From Utricularia gibba (Eukaryota; Plantae; Magnoliophyta), in NCBI GenBank assembly GCA_002189035.1, contig CM007991.1, positions 1,116,001 to 1,180,000 of the forward strand: a stretch of DNA of 64,000 nt, read 5' to 3'. Below the pieces are notes generated by a model. That model did not search any database. It saw only the letters and a program-made list of their open reading frames with translations, and had not been told where the DNA came from. The translations under genes and the position numbers were made by a program. This document shows, piece after piece, positions 52,920 to 64,000 of the stretch; position 1 is the first letter of the stretch, and every line of letters begins with the position of its first letter.

Positions 52920-55788
52920 TTTCTCGAGACTGCACCAAACGCCCCAGAGCAGAGCACCAACAGAAGAAAAAGAAGGAATAATTTCGTGACTTGTGTGTGT
53001 GGGTGAGCTGTTCTGGTTTTATGAGCAAAATCCCTCTCGTTTCCGGTAACTGCCCGGCGTGCCCGGCGGAAGCTGTTTTGTTTGCTAGTGTCCCCTTTCT
53101 TACATAATTGTACATCCAACCTTCATTACACTCGCAACCCCTGTCACGCTTTCATACTACACTATGTGATTCCTTCTTTTTATGTCAAACGGTACCAACC
53201 AAATGATTTTTTCATCACATTTTTATAATGTTTTGAACCCAATTTAACTTTATTATAAAAAAAAATTCAATCAAACCTGATTTTAAAACAAGCTCCAAGT
53301 CTCCACTTAGAGACATGCACCAAAAGTGTGGGTTAAGTGTCATCATCCATGTCCAATATCAATTAAAAAATGAAAAAATAATTATACTATATGTAAATAT
53401 TTTATCTTAATTTGTGAGACATAAAGTGGAAGTGATGCATTTTCTAAATAAACCTCCAAGTCCATGTGTGATGGATGCACTTCTACTAAACCCTTAATTA
53501 GCGGGACTTAATAAATGCTAACCACGCATTGAGGTGATTAACACATACCCATTAAATCTTAATTTAATGCCCTCACCACAAAAGTAATGCATATTTATTA
53601 TTCCACTGTCCCTATCCAACACTAGCACCCACACCATCCCTAACATAAAAATACATTTGTCACTTTTTATTTCCTTTAAAAAATAAAATTATAAATTATT
53701 AAATATATAGTTTATAATTACAAAAAATTTTAGGATTATATAATTTTTTTAACCACATGTATATAAGTTGATTTAAAACTATATTTTTCATTATTTTACC
53801 AAAAATTACTTAATCTCATTTCTAATCCCAATAAGTAAATACTAACTAAAAAATTAATCAGTCTACATCAATTTTATCTAAAACAAGGAAAATGAAATTC
53901 AATTTATCATATTAATATCAACCAAATCATCAATATTAATGTGTTTGGTAAGTATTATTTGGTAAAAAATATTAATTAGTATATTAAAATTTCACGTTTA
54001 CCAAGTGAGATCTGATTTGTGAAATATTAAAAATATGATTTAATATCCCTCATTTTTAGGGTATATAAATCCCAACATCTCTACATATTTCATAATTCAT
54101 TTGATATTTTTATCCCCCATTTATTCTTTTTTTACTAATATTAATCTATGATTATTACATAATTATATTTTTATATAAATGTAACCTCTAGAACATTCCT
54201 ATTTAAATTAATCAACCAATTCATATATCATTATCGCATTTTTCTTTTTTTGCTAAAAACCTTGACTTTTACAATGTAAAAAGCATGAATCACGTGAATG
54301 TGAAAACCGGCGGAGTTAGTTTGTTTCTTTATATGGGTCGGTGGGTGGGTGGGAATGCATTAAATGCGGGTTAACTCCATGGTTCAAATATCCAAAAACA
54401 GTTAATAATAATAGAAATAATGTGGTGGAATTAATTTACGTTCTGGTGAAGACGGGTCCCCCACGATGCATATGAGTGATGATGCTTGCCGGCACTGGCA
54501 TGTGAATCCTCCGCAGCGCTTTGAAATCCCCCATGTCATGCACATGCCATGCCTTCATCATTCCATCCCCCTGATTGGTCAATTTTCTTTTAGACGACTC
54601 ACTGGGCATACGGGCTTCTCGACACGGCCCATCAGAAGCTGGCCCACTACTCCTTGTTTTTTTTTCTTTTTGATAGGAACCCACTTACCTGTCCAATGTC
54701 CATAAGTGACATTTTAATGTTCACGGATTCAGAACTGAAGGGGGGCCGTACGACACGGGCCCACACACCTACGAGTCTAAACTGGATTCATTTGATGGAA
54801 CAATGGAATACAGACTATATTATTTATTTTTTGCATTAATATATTTTTAATGTATTAATTTATAAGTTAAATTTAATTTTTTGGATACTAAAGAAAACGT
54901 TTTTGGATTCGATTCAATCCAACCCATTCAGACCTCTCTTCTCACACTTTATCTATGCCTCCATGTCACCCGGCCGGTCTGACCGGCTTACGTGACAGAA
55001 TTTGAGTTCTTTTGTTTCTCTACCATACTCCATCCATCTACATTATAAAAACATGAACTTCTTTTGATTTTATACGTCAAGTTGCTCTTCTCTTTTATAT
55101 CATAAACTTTAATCGTTATTGTTTTTTATTTTCGATGTGGGATTCTCGTCGCCTCTGGATTCCCCCACCCAAGTAACCCGTCCCCAGGATTTCTGGATGC
55201 ATATCGGTTCCTAGTTTAGTAAGAAGATTGAACTCATGGGCCGTTGAGTGGCCCGATTTTTTGGGCTGGGCCCAATTAGGGTGATTCCGTACTGCCATGA
55301 AGATGCCTGCTGCACCAAAAGTGACATTCCAGAAATTTAGACAGAAACCATATAAAAGATTATTATAAGATGTCTTTTTTATGTATTAAATTGTTTTTTC
55401 CTGTCATTTTCCATAATAATCTGATCAATAAGACAAGTGGCGTCCTAATCAAACGGCTGCCCAGGCAAAATAATTGGTAGGTCCCGCAAATTAAAAGTAT
55501 TCCTTATAAATGATGAAAAACCGAGTGGCTCTGAATTTCTAACAAGTCCTACGAAATGGTCACGAGTTTTTTTATAATTCAAATTGATATAAAATAATAG
55601 AAAAGCATCATGATTTGTCGGATTATATTTAATATTTTTTTAAAAAAATTAAAATTTCTAAATGTAATATATTTTTTAATAAATATAATTAAAAAATAAT
55701 AATTTCGATTATAAAATATGCTCAAACTTGCAATTTGAATGCATGTGCGTTTAAAAAGATTGAAGCCTCCCTCCTGCACTTCATCACC

Positions 55789-57901
55789 ATGTTCTCGGTC
55801 ATCGTCCTCTTGGCATCGTGCCTCTTCTTCTTCATCCCACAACTCGCTGATGCTGCTCCAACGACGTCGCATTTCTTTCATCCCAAGTTCAATAAGAATA
55901 CTAGAGTTTCTCTCCGCGGGCAGGCTAAGCTGATGGAAAAAACAAAAGTGCTCATGCTATCCAACGAAGAGCATCGCGGAGCTAGCTATGTCTTCTATAG
56001 CCATCAAATTGGTTTCAAGAACTCATCAAATTCTTCAGCCAATTCGTTTTCCACATCCTTCGTGTTCGCTATAGATCCTGGTAACAAACACGGCAGGGGC
56101 GGCGGACTGGCCTTCGTGATAGCACCGGAGCCGTATCTCAACGGCTCTCCAAAACTGCCCTATCTTGGAATCTTTAATGAATCCAATTTTCAAAGTGGAC
56201 TCAGCAACGTCTTCGCAGTGGAGCTCGATACGCACAAGGACGAAGACTTGTACGACATTAATGAGAATCATGTGGGCATTGACATCGGTAGTGTGGTTTC
56301 TCGGAATGCCTGCTCAGCTAAGTGCCCAAATGCTTCCGACCTGGATCTTGCTAATGGTAAAAAAAGGCATGTTTCTATCAATTACGATGGAATCTCCAAA
56401 TTAATTAAAGTCGATGTATCTGATTTCCCCGGTGAAAAAAATAAACAACGCAAACAAGGCGACGACGACGACGACGGTGAAGATGTCGACGACGGCGACG
56501 ACGGTAAAGATGGCGACGACGGCGAAGATGGCGACGACGGCGGCAAGGGAAATAGTGAACCCTCACCGACGTGCCATGTTCTTCTTACAGCTTCATATGA
56601 TCTTTCAAATATTTTGAAGGAAGATATGTACGTTGGTTTTTCTACGACTTCTGGGTTTAGCTACACTTATCTAATGGGATGGAGTTTCGGCATCAACCGG
56701 GAAGCTAAGGAGCTGAAAACTTGTGAAATTCAAAAAGTTCCCAAGAAGCCGCTTCCAATATGGGTGAAAGTTGTTTCCCCTGTAGCTCTGTTATTGATTC
56801 TTTGCTTTGGGGTTTTGAGTTACCGTATCCATCAAAATCTGAGGTTCGCGGAGATGATCGAAGGCTGGGAAGGCGAACTGAACTACATATCTCACCGATA
56901 CAAGTACAAGGATCTGTACACCGCCACCAAAGGCTTCAGCAAAAGGGAATTACTTGGAACAGGGGATTTGGAGAAGTCTACAGAGGCGTGATGCCTTACT
57001 CCAATGCCGAAATCGCTCTGAAGAGAATTTCACATGACTCCCGACAGGGGATGAAGGAGTTCGTCGCGGAGATCGTCAGCCTCGGGCGGCTCCGGCATCG
57101 GAATCTGGTGCCGCTCCTCGGCTACTGTCGACGAGAGGGTGAACTTCTCTTGGTGTACGAGTACATGAGTAATGGAAGCTTGGACAAGCTCCTCCATGGC
57201 GAACCAAGTTTCACTCTTACTTGGACCAACGATTTCAAGTGATCAAAGGCGTCGCGTACGGGCTTCTCTATCTGCACGAAGAATGGGAGCAAGTTGTGAT
57301 CCACAGGGACATCAAGCCCGGAAACGTTCTACTGGATGCCGATTTGAATCCCAGGTTAGGAGATTTCGGGCTAGCAAGATTGCATGCCCATGGCTCCGAT
57401 CCTTCCACAACCAACATCGTCGGAACTCTTGGGTACTTGGCACCGGAGCACGCGAAGACCGGCAAGGCGACGAAGAGCAGCGACGTCTTCGCCTTCGGAG
57501 CCCTTATGCTCGAAGTTGCTTCCGGTCGAAGGCCGATCCAGCCCAATGCTCCTGACGGGGAGATGACATTAGCCGATTGGGTGCGTTCGCTTTGGACTAA
57601 AAATCAAATCTTGGATGCCGTAGATCCCAAATTAGGTCGAGACTATCGGAAAGACGAAGCGGCTCTGGTGTTGAAACTCGGGTTGATGTGCAATCACGCC
57701 CGTCCCGATATACGACCCATCATCAGAGATATCGCCGGATATTTGGAAGATCCGGCGACCTTCCCCAAAGATGAATGCGACCAAGTCCTGAACTTGTGGG
57801 TCTACGGGGAACACGGCGATTATGACTCCATGATGTCATCATCAACATTCCACACTGGCAACCTCACCATCTCCCATTCGCTCTTCCTCGGCGGCCGCTG
57901 A
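55789..57901 (+). CDS. LECRK: L-type lectin receptor-like kinase, intronless; two apparent 1-nt frameshifts (about 56962 and 57223)
   Basis: Signal peptide, legume-lectin motifs ([37 protein letters not shown]), a TM helix, and kinase motifs ([55 protein letters not shown]) spread over three frames. Confidence 0.93.
56458..56547 (+). repeat. In-frame GAC/GGC-rich repeat encoding an Asp/Gly tract within the lectin domain
   Basis: The 30 codons translate to [30 protein letters not shown], with a recurring 18-nt unit ggcgacgacgg(t/c)(g/a)aagat. Confidence 0.9.
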
Positions 57902-59858
57902 TGCTCATACCCTGTTATGTTGCTGTGTGTTCTTTCGTTTGCATACTTTACCTTCATTCTGCTTCTCGTTCCTGCATGTAAAAAAATGAATTACACTTTT
58001 CGATTTCGCAACTATATTGTCAACTTCGCTATTTTCCATAACTCATTGCGTTAATGTTAGTAGAATAAATAATCTGAGATTCATAAATTAAAGTAAAATA
58101 ATTAAAATTATAATAAATTATAAATCATCAATAATTGATGATACTTAATTTTTTAATTTAATTCATATATTTTATATATTTAATTATTTTAATTTTATTT
58201 TTTTAATTTGAGATTATTTGCTACTATCTCATTATCACTTTGAGACATAATTTTTTTAAATGTGAATTTTAATTTTAAAAAATAATAAATAATAAAAGTT
58301 AGGGTTTTAAAAATACAGATTTTTATCAAAAAAATTTATGTCGATCTCATCATCGGATCATTTAAGTAAGTTGAAAACAATAACAATTTCTATTGATTAC
58401 TTAAATCTGTATACTTTCATTAGTGTAAATGTACAATACATGTGTTATTAAAAACTATATTTTTGATATTAATAATTGATAATTTAATAAGATTTAAAAT
58501 AATTTTTAAAACAATATATTCTTATTAATTTTAGATTTGACGGGTCAAACTCGGATTTTAGCGGAAAAAATCGTTTCCCAATTAATGGTTTTGAGGCAAA
58601 CTTCAGTTTCAGTCGTTTTCCCAAGTCTTCTCCCTCCGGTCTTCCACGATCTTATCAACTTCGCCTATTACGAAGAATGGACTGTTGGTGGTTGGAGTAC
58701 ACCATCAACTGTGACACCCACAACGCCGCTGTTTACAAGAGAAGAGGACAACCTTGACGCGGCACCGGCGGCCAAGTCATCAACGGCATGAGATGGAGGA
58801 AGGGAGAAAACGTGGACCGTTCATGGGCCCTTTAGTATTTGGGCTCTGAGTCATATGAACAAGCCCAACATCACTAATTATAATTATTAAGTTTTTCTAA
58901 ATATTCAAGTCACTTTGTTTTTTTTAAATAAGACACCAGATAAATATTTTAGCTTTTCCCTTTTTGGGTTTTAAAGCTTATACTTTTCAAAAAGAAATCA
59001 ATTAAATTTTTTTGTCAAATAAAATTAATTTTCATTCTAAAAATAAGTTGAAGACATCAAACTTATATTTTGTTATAATTTATAGAAAAGGTATCTATGG
59101 GCACGGAGGGGAGGGATCTTCTCTAATGCGGGTCCCATGTTTAGTCCGGTCTTTGGTCGCAGCCGGTGGGCCCACGTTCAACGAAGGAAGACATTACCAC
59201 TCTCACCGACCCTCATCAAGGCTCTCTGACTAGCCAACAAGTGACCTGAAAATTGACATTTATTTTGTTTTCAACTTATTAATTTTTTATTCCAAAAATG
59301 ATTAATAATTATGTGGGCAGGATGTGAATTTATTATGGGATAGATTTGATGGGAGTAAATGTATATAATTAAATTTATCTATTAATATATTTTAATTTTA
59401 AATTATAAATTTTGATGAAGTAATTAGAAATAAATAGTTTGAGGGATGGTGAATAAAAACGACAAAATTGTAAAAAAAAAAAACAATTCAAGTTTAATTT
59501 AATATAAAAAGTATAGTCATCAAATTTAAAAATTATAAAAAAATACACGTCAAGTTATGAAAACCTTGCAATAAAAATTCAAATGGTTTTCAAAATTTTT
59601 AAAAGTGAATTGGTTTATAGTATTCAAATTTTATTTTAAATTTAACAAAATTTCGTGATAAAATTTTTTGTATTCACATTTAATATTCAACGAATCGAAT
59701 GATATTTCTACTAAGTTTATAACGCATTTGTATGTCATATAATTAAAATTGATAATAATTATATCACATTTATATCTCACATCATTCAAATTGGTAATGT
59801 TTATATTGCATTTCATATTATATATCTTTATAACAACATTAAAGTCAATCATTAATTG

Positions 59859-59931
59859 ATTGATGGGTCTATCAAACTTAGTAAAACCCAATTTGGAAAT
59901 TGATGGGCCTATCAAACTTAGTAAAACCCAA
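59859..59931. repeat. 33-bp direct repeat, period 40 bp, upstream of the aspartic protease
   Basis: attgatggg(t/c)ctatcaaacttagtaaaacccaa occurs at 59859 and 59899. Confidence 0.9.
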
Positions 59932-60096
59932 AGTCACATGAAACGGTGTCGTTTCAGTACGATGGGCCCCACGAAGTTACCGACTGTGACTGGTGCTTCC
60001 ATCAAGTGGTAACCAACAAACACATGTGCCGGATATTGCAGCTGCCTCAACTACTCAGATTCTGAATACAATTTCCAGTCTGAATCATCTTCAACC

Positions 60097-61419
60097 ATGA
60101 AGATGAACTTCTTCTTTTCGTCCCTTCTGCTACTCTTCGTAACCTATTGTTCATCGGCTGCAAACCAATTTCAGTTGCACAGTTCCAATTCCAGGCTTCT
60201 GCTTCTCCCACTGAAAACCCAAGAAGTCCCTTCGTCTTCAAGCAAACTTCCCTTCACCCACAACGTCACCCTCACTGTTAACGTCGCCGTGGGGACGCCG
60301 CCTCAGAATGTCACCATGGTACTTGACACCGGCAGCGAACTCTCAATGCTGCAGTGCAACGCCACGAGATTCAGAGGGCACCCTGTTTTTGAGCCCAATA
60401 AATCGTCTAGTTACATCTCCATTGCATGTTCTTCCCCAACCTGCACTACCCAGACACAAGACTTCTCCATTCCAACATCTTGTGACTCTAATAATATCTG
60501 CCACACAGTGCTTTCCTTCGCTGATTCCTCTTCCTTTGAGGGGAGTTTAGCTAAAGATAATTTTGATTTCTCTGGGTCGGAGTTTCCAGATACCATATTT
60601 GGGTGCATGGTTTCGGGTTATAGCAGCAACCCAGACGAGGATTCGAAGACCACTGGCTTGATGGGGATGAATCGTGGATCCTTATCCTTCATTTCACAAA
60701 CGGGATTCAAGAAATTCGCCTACTGCATTTCAAGTTCCAACCTTTCGGGTGTTCTTCTCTTAGGTGAATCAAATTTCACCTGGCTTTTGCCCCTCAATTA
60801 CACCCCCTTGATCCAAATCTCCACCCCTCTTCCCTATTTCAACAGAGTAGCTTACACAGTGCAGTTCCAAGGGATCCGCGTCGCGGAGAAACTCCTGCAA
60901 CTACCCAAATCCGCACTAGAACCCGATCACACAGGAGCGGGACAAACAATGGTCGACTCGGGTACCCAATTCACCTTCCTTCTCGGCCCCGTTTACACCG
61001 CCCTAAAAAACGAATTCATCAACCAAACAATGGGAATCCTTCGTCTACTGGAGGATCCGTTTTTCGTATTCCAGGGGGCGTTCGATTTGTGTTTCCGGAT
61101 CCCCATGAACTCGACCCTGGCGAAAACACAACTACCCTCCGTCACCCTAATCTTCTCCGGGGCCGAGATAACCGTAACCGGCGAGAGACTCTTGTACCGC
61201 GTTGCAGGTGAGACGAGAGGCGGCGATGCGGTGCACTGCTTCACCTTCGGGAACTCCGACCTCCTGGCCATCGAGGCGTACATAATCGGGCATCACCATC
61301 AGCAAGATACGTGGATGGAGTTCGACATCCAGAAATCGAGAATCGGAGTCGCGAGGGTTAGATGTGATGTTGCAGGGCAGAGATTGAATCTCCGCCGTTC
61401 CTTACTGCGATTTGGGTAA
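60097..61419 (+). CDS. PCS1: Atypical A1 aspartic protease, PCS1-like, intronless
   Basis: 440-aa ORF with a signal peptide, KLPFTHNVTLTV, catalytic DTGSELS and DSGTQFT, GLMGMNRGSLSF and IIGHHHQQDTWMEFD. Confidence 0.95.
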   Translation: MKMNFFFSSLLLLFVTYCSSAANQFQLHSSNSRLLLLPLKTQEVPSSSSKLPFTHNVTLTVNVAVGTPPQNVTMVLDTGSELSMLQCNATRFRGHPVFEPNKSSSYISIACSSPTCTTQTQDFSIPTSCDSNNICHTVLSFADSSSFEGSLAKDNFDFSGSEFPDTIFGCMVSGYSSNPDEDSKTTGLMGMNRGSLSFISQTGFKKFAYCISSSNLSGVLLLGESNFTWLLPLNYTPLIQISTPLPYFNRVAYTVQFQGIRVAEKLLQLPKSALEPDHTGAGQTMVDSGTQFTFLLGPVYTALKNEFINQTMGILRLLEDPFFVFQGAFDLCFRIPMNSTLAKTQLPSVTLIFSGAEITVTGERLLYRVAGETRGGDAVHCFTFGNSDLLAIEAYIIGHHHQQDTWMEFDIQKSRIGVARVRCDVAGQRLNLRRSLLRFG

Positions 61420-62333
61420 TTATACTATAAATCGCACCCTAGATGCTATCGTATGTACAGTCCAGTCATAATGTAAAAAAAGAACCAAATAAATGTATTA
61501 GTCGCATTTGCCCCCCTCTCTCTCCTCCCCTTTGGACCATCTCATCTCACACAATCATTAATCAGTTAGGACACGGTTTTCATTTCCCTAAAAAAAAAAA
61601 TCCAAAATAAAGTAAATGGGCTGGGCTCATTGTGAATGGTTGATTACTCGGGCTTTTCTACTGGGCCTACTCTCTTTCGAAAAGCCCATTATTAGACTCC
61701 GACCAGCTCCACTCCACGTGGCGGGGGTTGACTAAGGAGACCGACAGAAGCCATGCCGAGAGCTGGGCCCACATCCTGGACTTTTGTGAAAAGTCAACAG
61801 ACAAAAGGTAGACAACCAACCAAAACACTTCACATGATGAAAACCAACGAACAGCAGAAATGAAACATACAACACAATTTAAGCACAAGGCCTTATCTCC
61901 AGTGAAAAGATGGGTCCCAAGAAAGGGAGATTTTCTTTTCTTTTTTTTTTTAAATCTTTAGAAGTAAAACATAACATTAAATTAATTTATGCATCCTGAT
62001 TTTAAAATAAATAATAAATGAGTGAATAAAAAGGACAGAGTGATGCCGCTAAGACATGGTATGCGAGATGGTCCGTCTGTCCATCCATCATCCAGCTACT
62101 ATTCTGTCTCCGGCCCTCACTTGGACAAGGATATGATCCAAAAGTCAACCTAGTAACCACAACTAACTCCATTTCTTTGAAGAAAACAAAAGGAGGGAGA
62201 GGGAGATGAAGCACACAATCACGTACCTTATCTACTTTCACATCTGGTCAACCTAACCTTCTTCTCCACCAGCCATTTCCCATGTTATTTATTCTTCACT
62301 CACGCATCTTAATCTTGCATTATTCCATGGTGA

Positions 62334-63308
62334 ATGGAGGGGCTCGAGGAAGGAACCTACTGCGGGGATGGGCTGCTTCAGAGTCTTCTTCTTGGTGGTA
62401 TCCCGCCATTGTTCATGCATACAGTTGGTGAAGAAGTCCCTGAGTCGGACTCCGGCGTGCCGAGTTTTCCCGGCGCACCGGCTCTAGGCTACGACAGTTC
62501 TGAGCATGCTGTTACGACACGCGAGATCATGAATGTCTCCGGGTTAGTACGACTAATGTAGAAGGGTTTGCTCAAACCTTCTGTGCATTGCCTTGTTTTT
62601 CTTGCTAAAAACTGTGGTTTTCTTCTAATCAGACTTCCGGTGGAATGCATGAGAAAGTGTAGCAGAAGTGTCCATGAAGAAAGCAGCTTCAGGTATAGTA
62701 TGAGGATCAAGAGCTGCGACGGCGTTGTCGGAGAGGACGGCTACAAGTGGCGCAAGTACGGACAGAAATCCATCAAAAACAGCCCCAATCCCAGGTTTGA
62801 CTACCCTTCTTTCAAAATAATGCACATGTAATAATTATTGATTAAGCAAAAAAAAATGACCTTGCAACCTGTTTGCAGATGCTATTACCGGTGCACGAAC
62901 CCTAGATGCAGTGCCAAGAAGCAGGTGGAGCGGGCGGCTGACGACCCGGAAACTTACATCGTAACGTACGACGGCTTCCACCTCCATTTCACTTTCCCGT
63001 TTCTCATCTCCGACCAGATCGACACGCCGGTGAAGAAACAAAAAAGGCCGGTCCTTCAGGCCCAAGAATACATGGACCTAATGCAGCAAAGCCCGCTTAC
63101 TGGCAGCTGGGTTGAGGGTCTAACGGGCCAAAAAGGCCTGCTTGAGGACGTGGTGGCATTCACGGCAAGGAAGCCCCTCAAGGTGGCCGCCGCCGCCGAT
63201 TCACGGCGGGCATCATTTTCCGATGACACGTATCCTTGCGCTTCCTCCCCAGCCTCGTCGAACTCATTCTCTTGGACTTCCGCGTACGAGTATTTGGGCC
63301 TAATCTAA
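62334..63308 (+). CDS. WRKY: WRKY transcription factor (group IIc, WRKY49-like), 3 exons
   Basis: EDGYKWRKYGQKSIKNSPNPR|CYYRCTNPRCSAKKQVER...YDGFHLH gives the WRKYGQK and C2H2 finger with the conserved PR intron. The exon 1/2 boundary is approximate. Confidence 0.93.
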
Positions 63309-64000
63309 CACTCATGCTATGCAAGTAAACTTACGTTATCTTTAATTTGCCACTACGAATTCACAGAAAGCCCAATGAGGTTAACCAAAGCCCGGCCCAC
63401 CGTAGCATTTTTTTAATTAATTGTGGAAATAACACAACGTTATCTCCCAACCACGCAACCATAATCTGAGAGGAGTACGGATGGTGCTCTACGAAACACG
63501 ATTCGGATTGCGCCACGTCATTTAACACAACGACTGGTGTTGACCCTTCGTCAACCCGACCACATGAGTGGTTTTGGTTTTTTCCCAATTTTTATATTTG
63601 TTCTCTTTATGTAAATATCAAGATTTTTCTATGGCCTAATTTTTTAATTAAAAAAGGCATTTAAAATACTTTCCAGAAAAAAAAGCACTTGTGGTTGTTC
63701 ACATTCATAATCTATTTTTATATTTTTTTGCAATAATTAAATAATATATTGCTTTTCAACATTGAAGCTTGATTTGAAGCAACAAATGAGTGTCTTTCGC
63801 ATTCGCTTGTACTGACGGCTTTGGATTTATGCAACACATGATTAGAGTTGGAGACAAAACTCCCATTTCGAAATAAAAAGAATAAAAATACTTTTAATCA
63901 CTAAAATTATTACTATTAAATTCTGAAAATAATCTAAGCCGCCACGTAAGCTTCTGGATGCTTGAACCAAACGAGAACTTTAGGGAATTTTGCATTTTCC

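Noticed and set aside
54460-54560. Cluster of CATG/RY-like motifs between PMEI and LecRK
   Set aside because: There are only one or two full CATGCA matches, far from either start codon, so it cannot be supported as regulatory.
9137-59931. CRISPR-like reading of the short direct repeats at 9137, 56458 and 59859
   Set aside because: The context is eukaryotic, there are only 2-3 copies without unique equal-length spacers, and no cas genes are present.
52450-61283. Antisense or alternate-frame ORFs overlapping PMEI, LecRK and the aspartic protease (and similar ones over RER and GRF)
   Set aside because: They are expected shadows of GC-rich coding sequence and carry no recognisable motifs.

Overview
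This is compact, gene-dense plant (probably eudicot) nuclear DNA with short AT-rich introns and intergenic spacers. It holds about 17 recognisable protein-coding genes: CutA (3' part), tetraspanin, cytokinin dehydrogenase (CKX), an uncharacterised repeat protein, IQM, RETICULATA-related, myosin XI, GPC1/DUF2838, NF-YA, VPS2, ATL RING-H2, GRF, FIP1/TMEM192-like, JAZ, PMEI, an L-type lectin receptor kinase, a PCS1-like aspartic protease and a WRKY. miR169 and miR396 target sites and a decayed CKX fragment are also present. I see no rRNA, tRNA, CRISPR or intact transposon. Five apparent frameshifts in four genes are each repaired by adding one base to a G/C run, which points to long-read consensus error rather than biology. 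I cannot claim a new multi-gene system. The best gene-level leads are a GPC1 first exon with ACG in place of ATG and an AT donor, an AT donor in myosin XI with a possible in-frame rescue, a JAZ with a non-canonical degron, an acidic (GDD)n insert in a LecRK lectin domain, and an intron-interrupted ATL with a shortened RING. Exon boundaries were read by eye and family assignments come from recalled motifs, not database searches.
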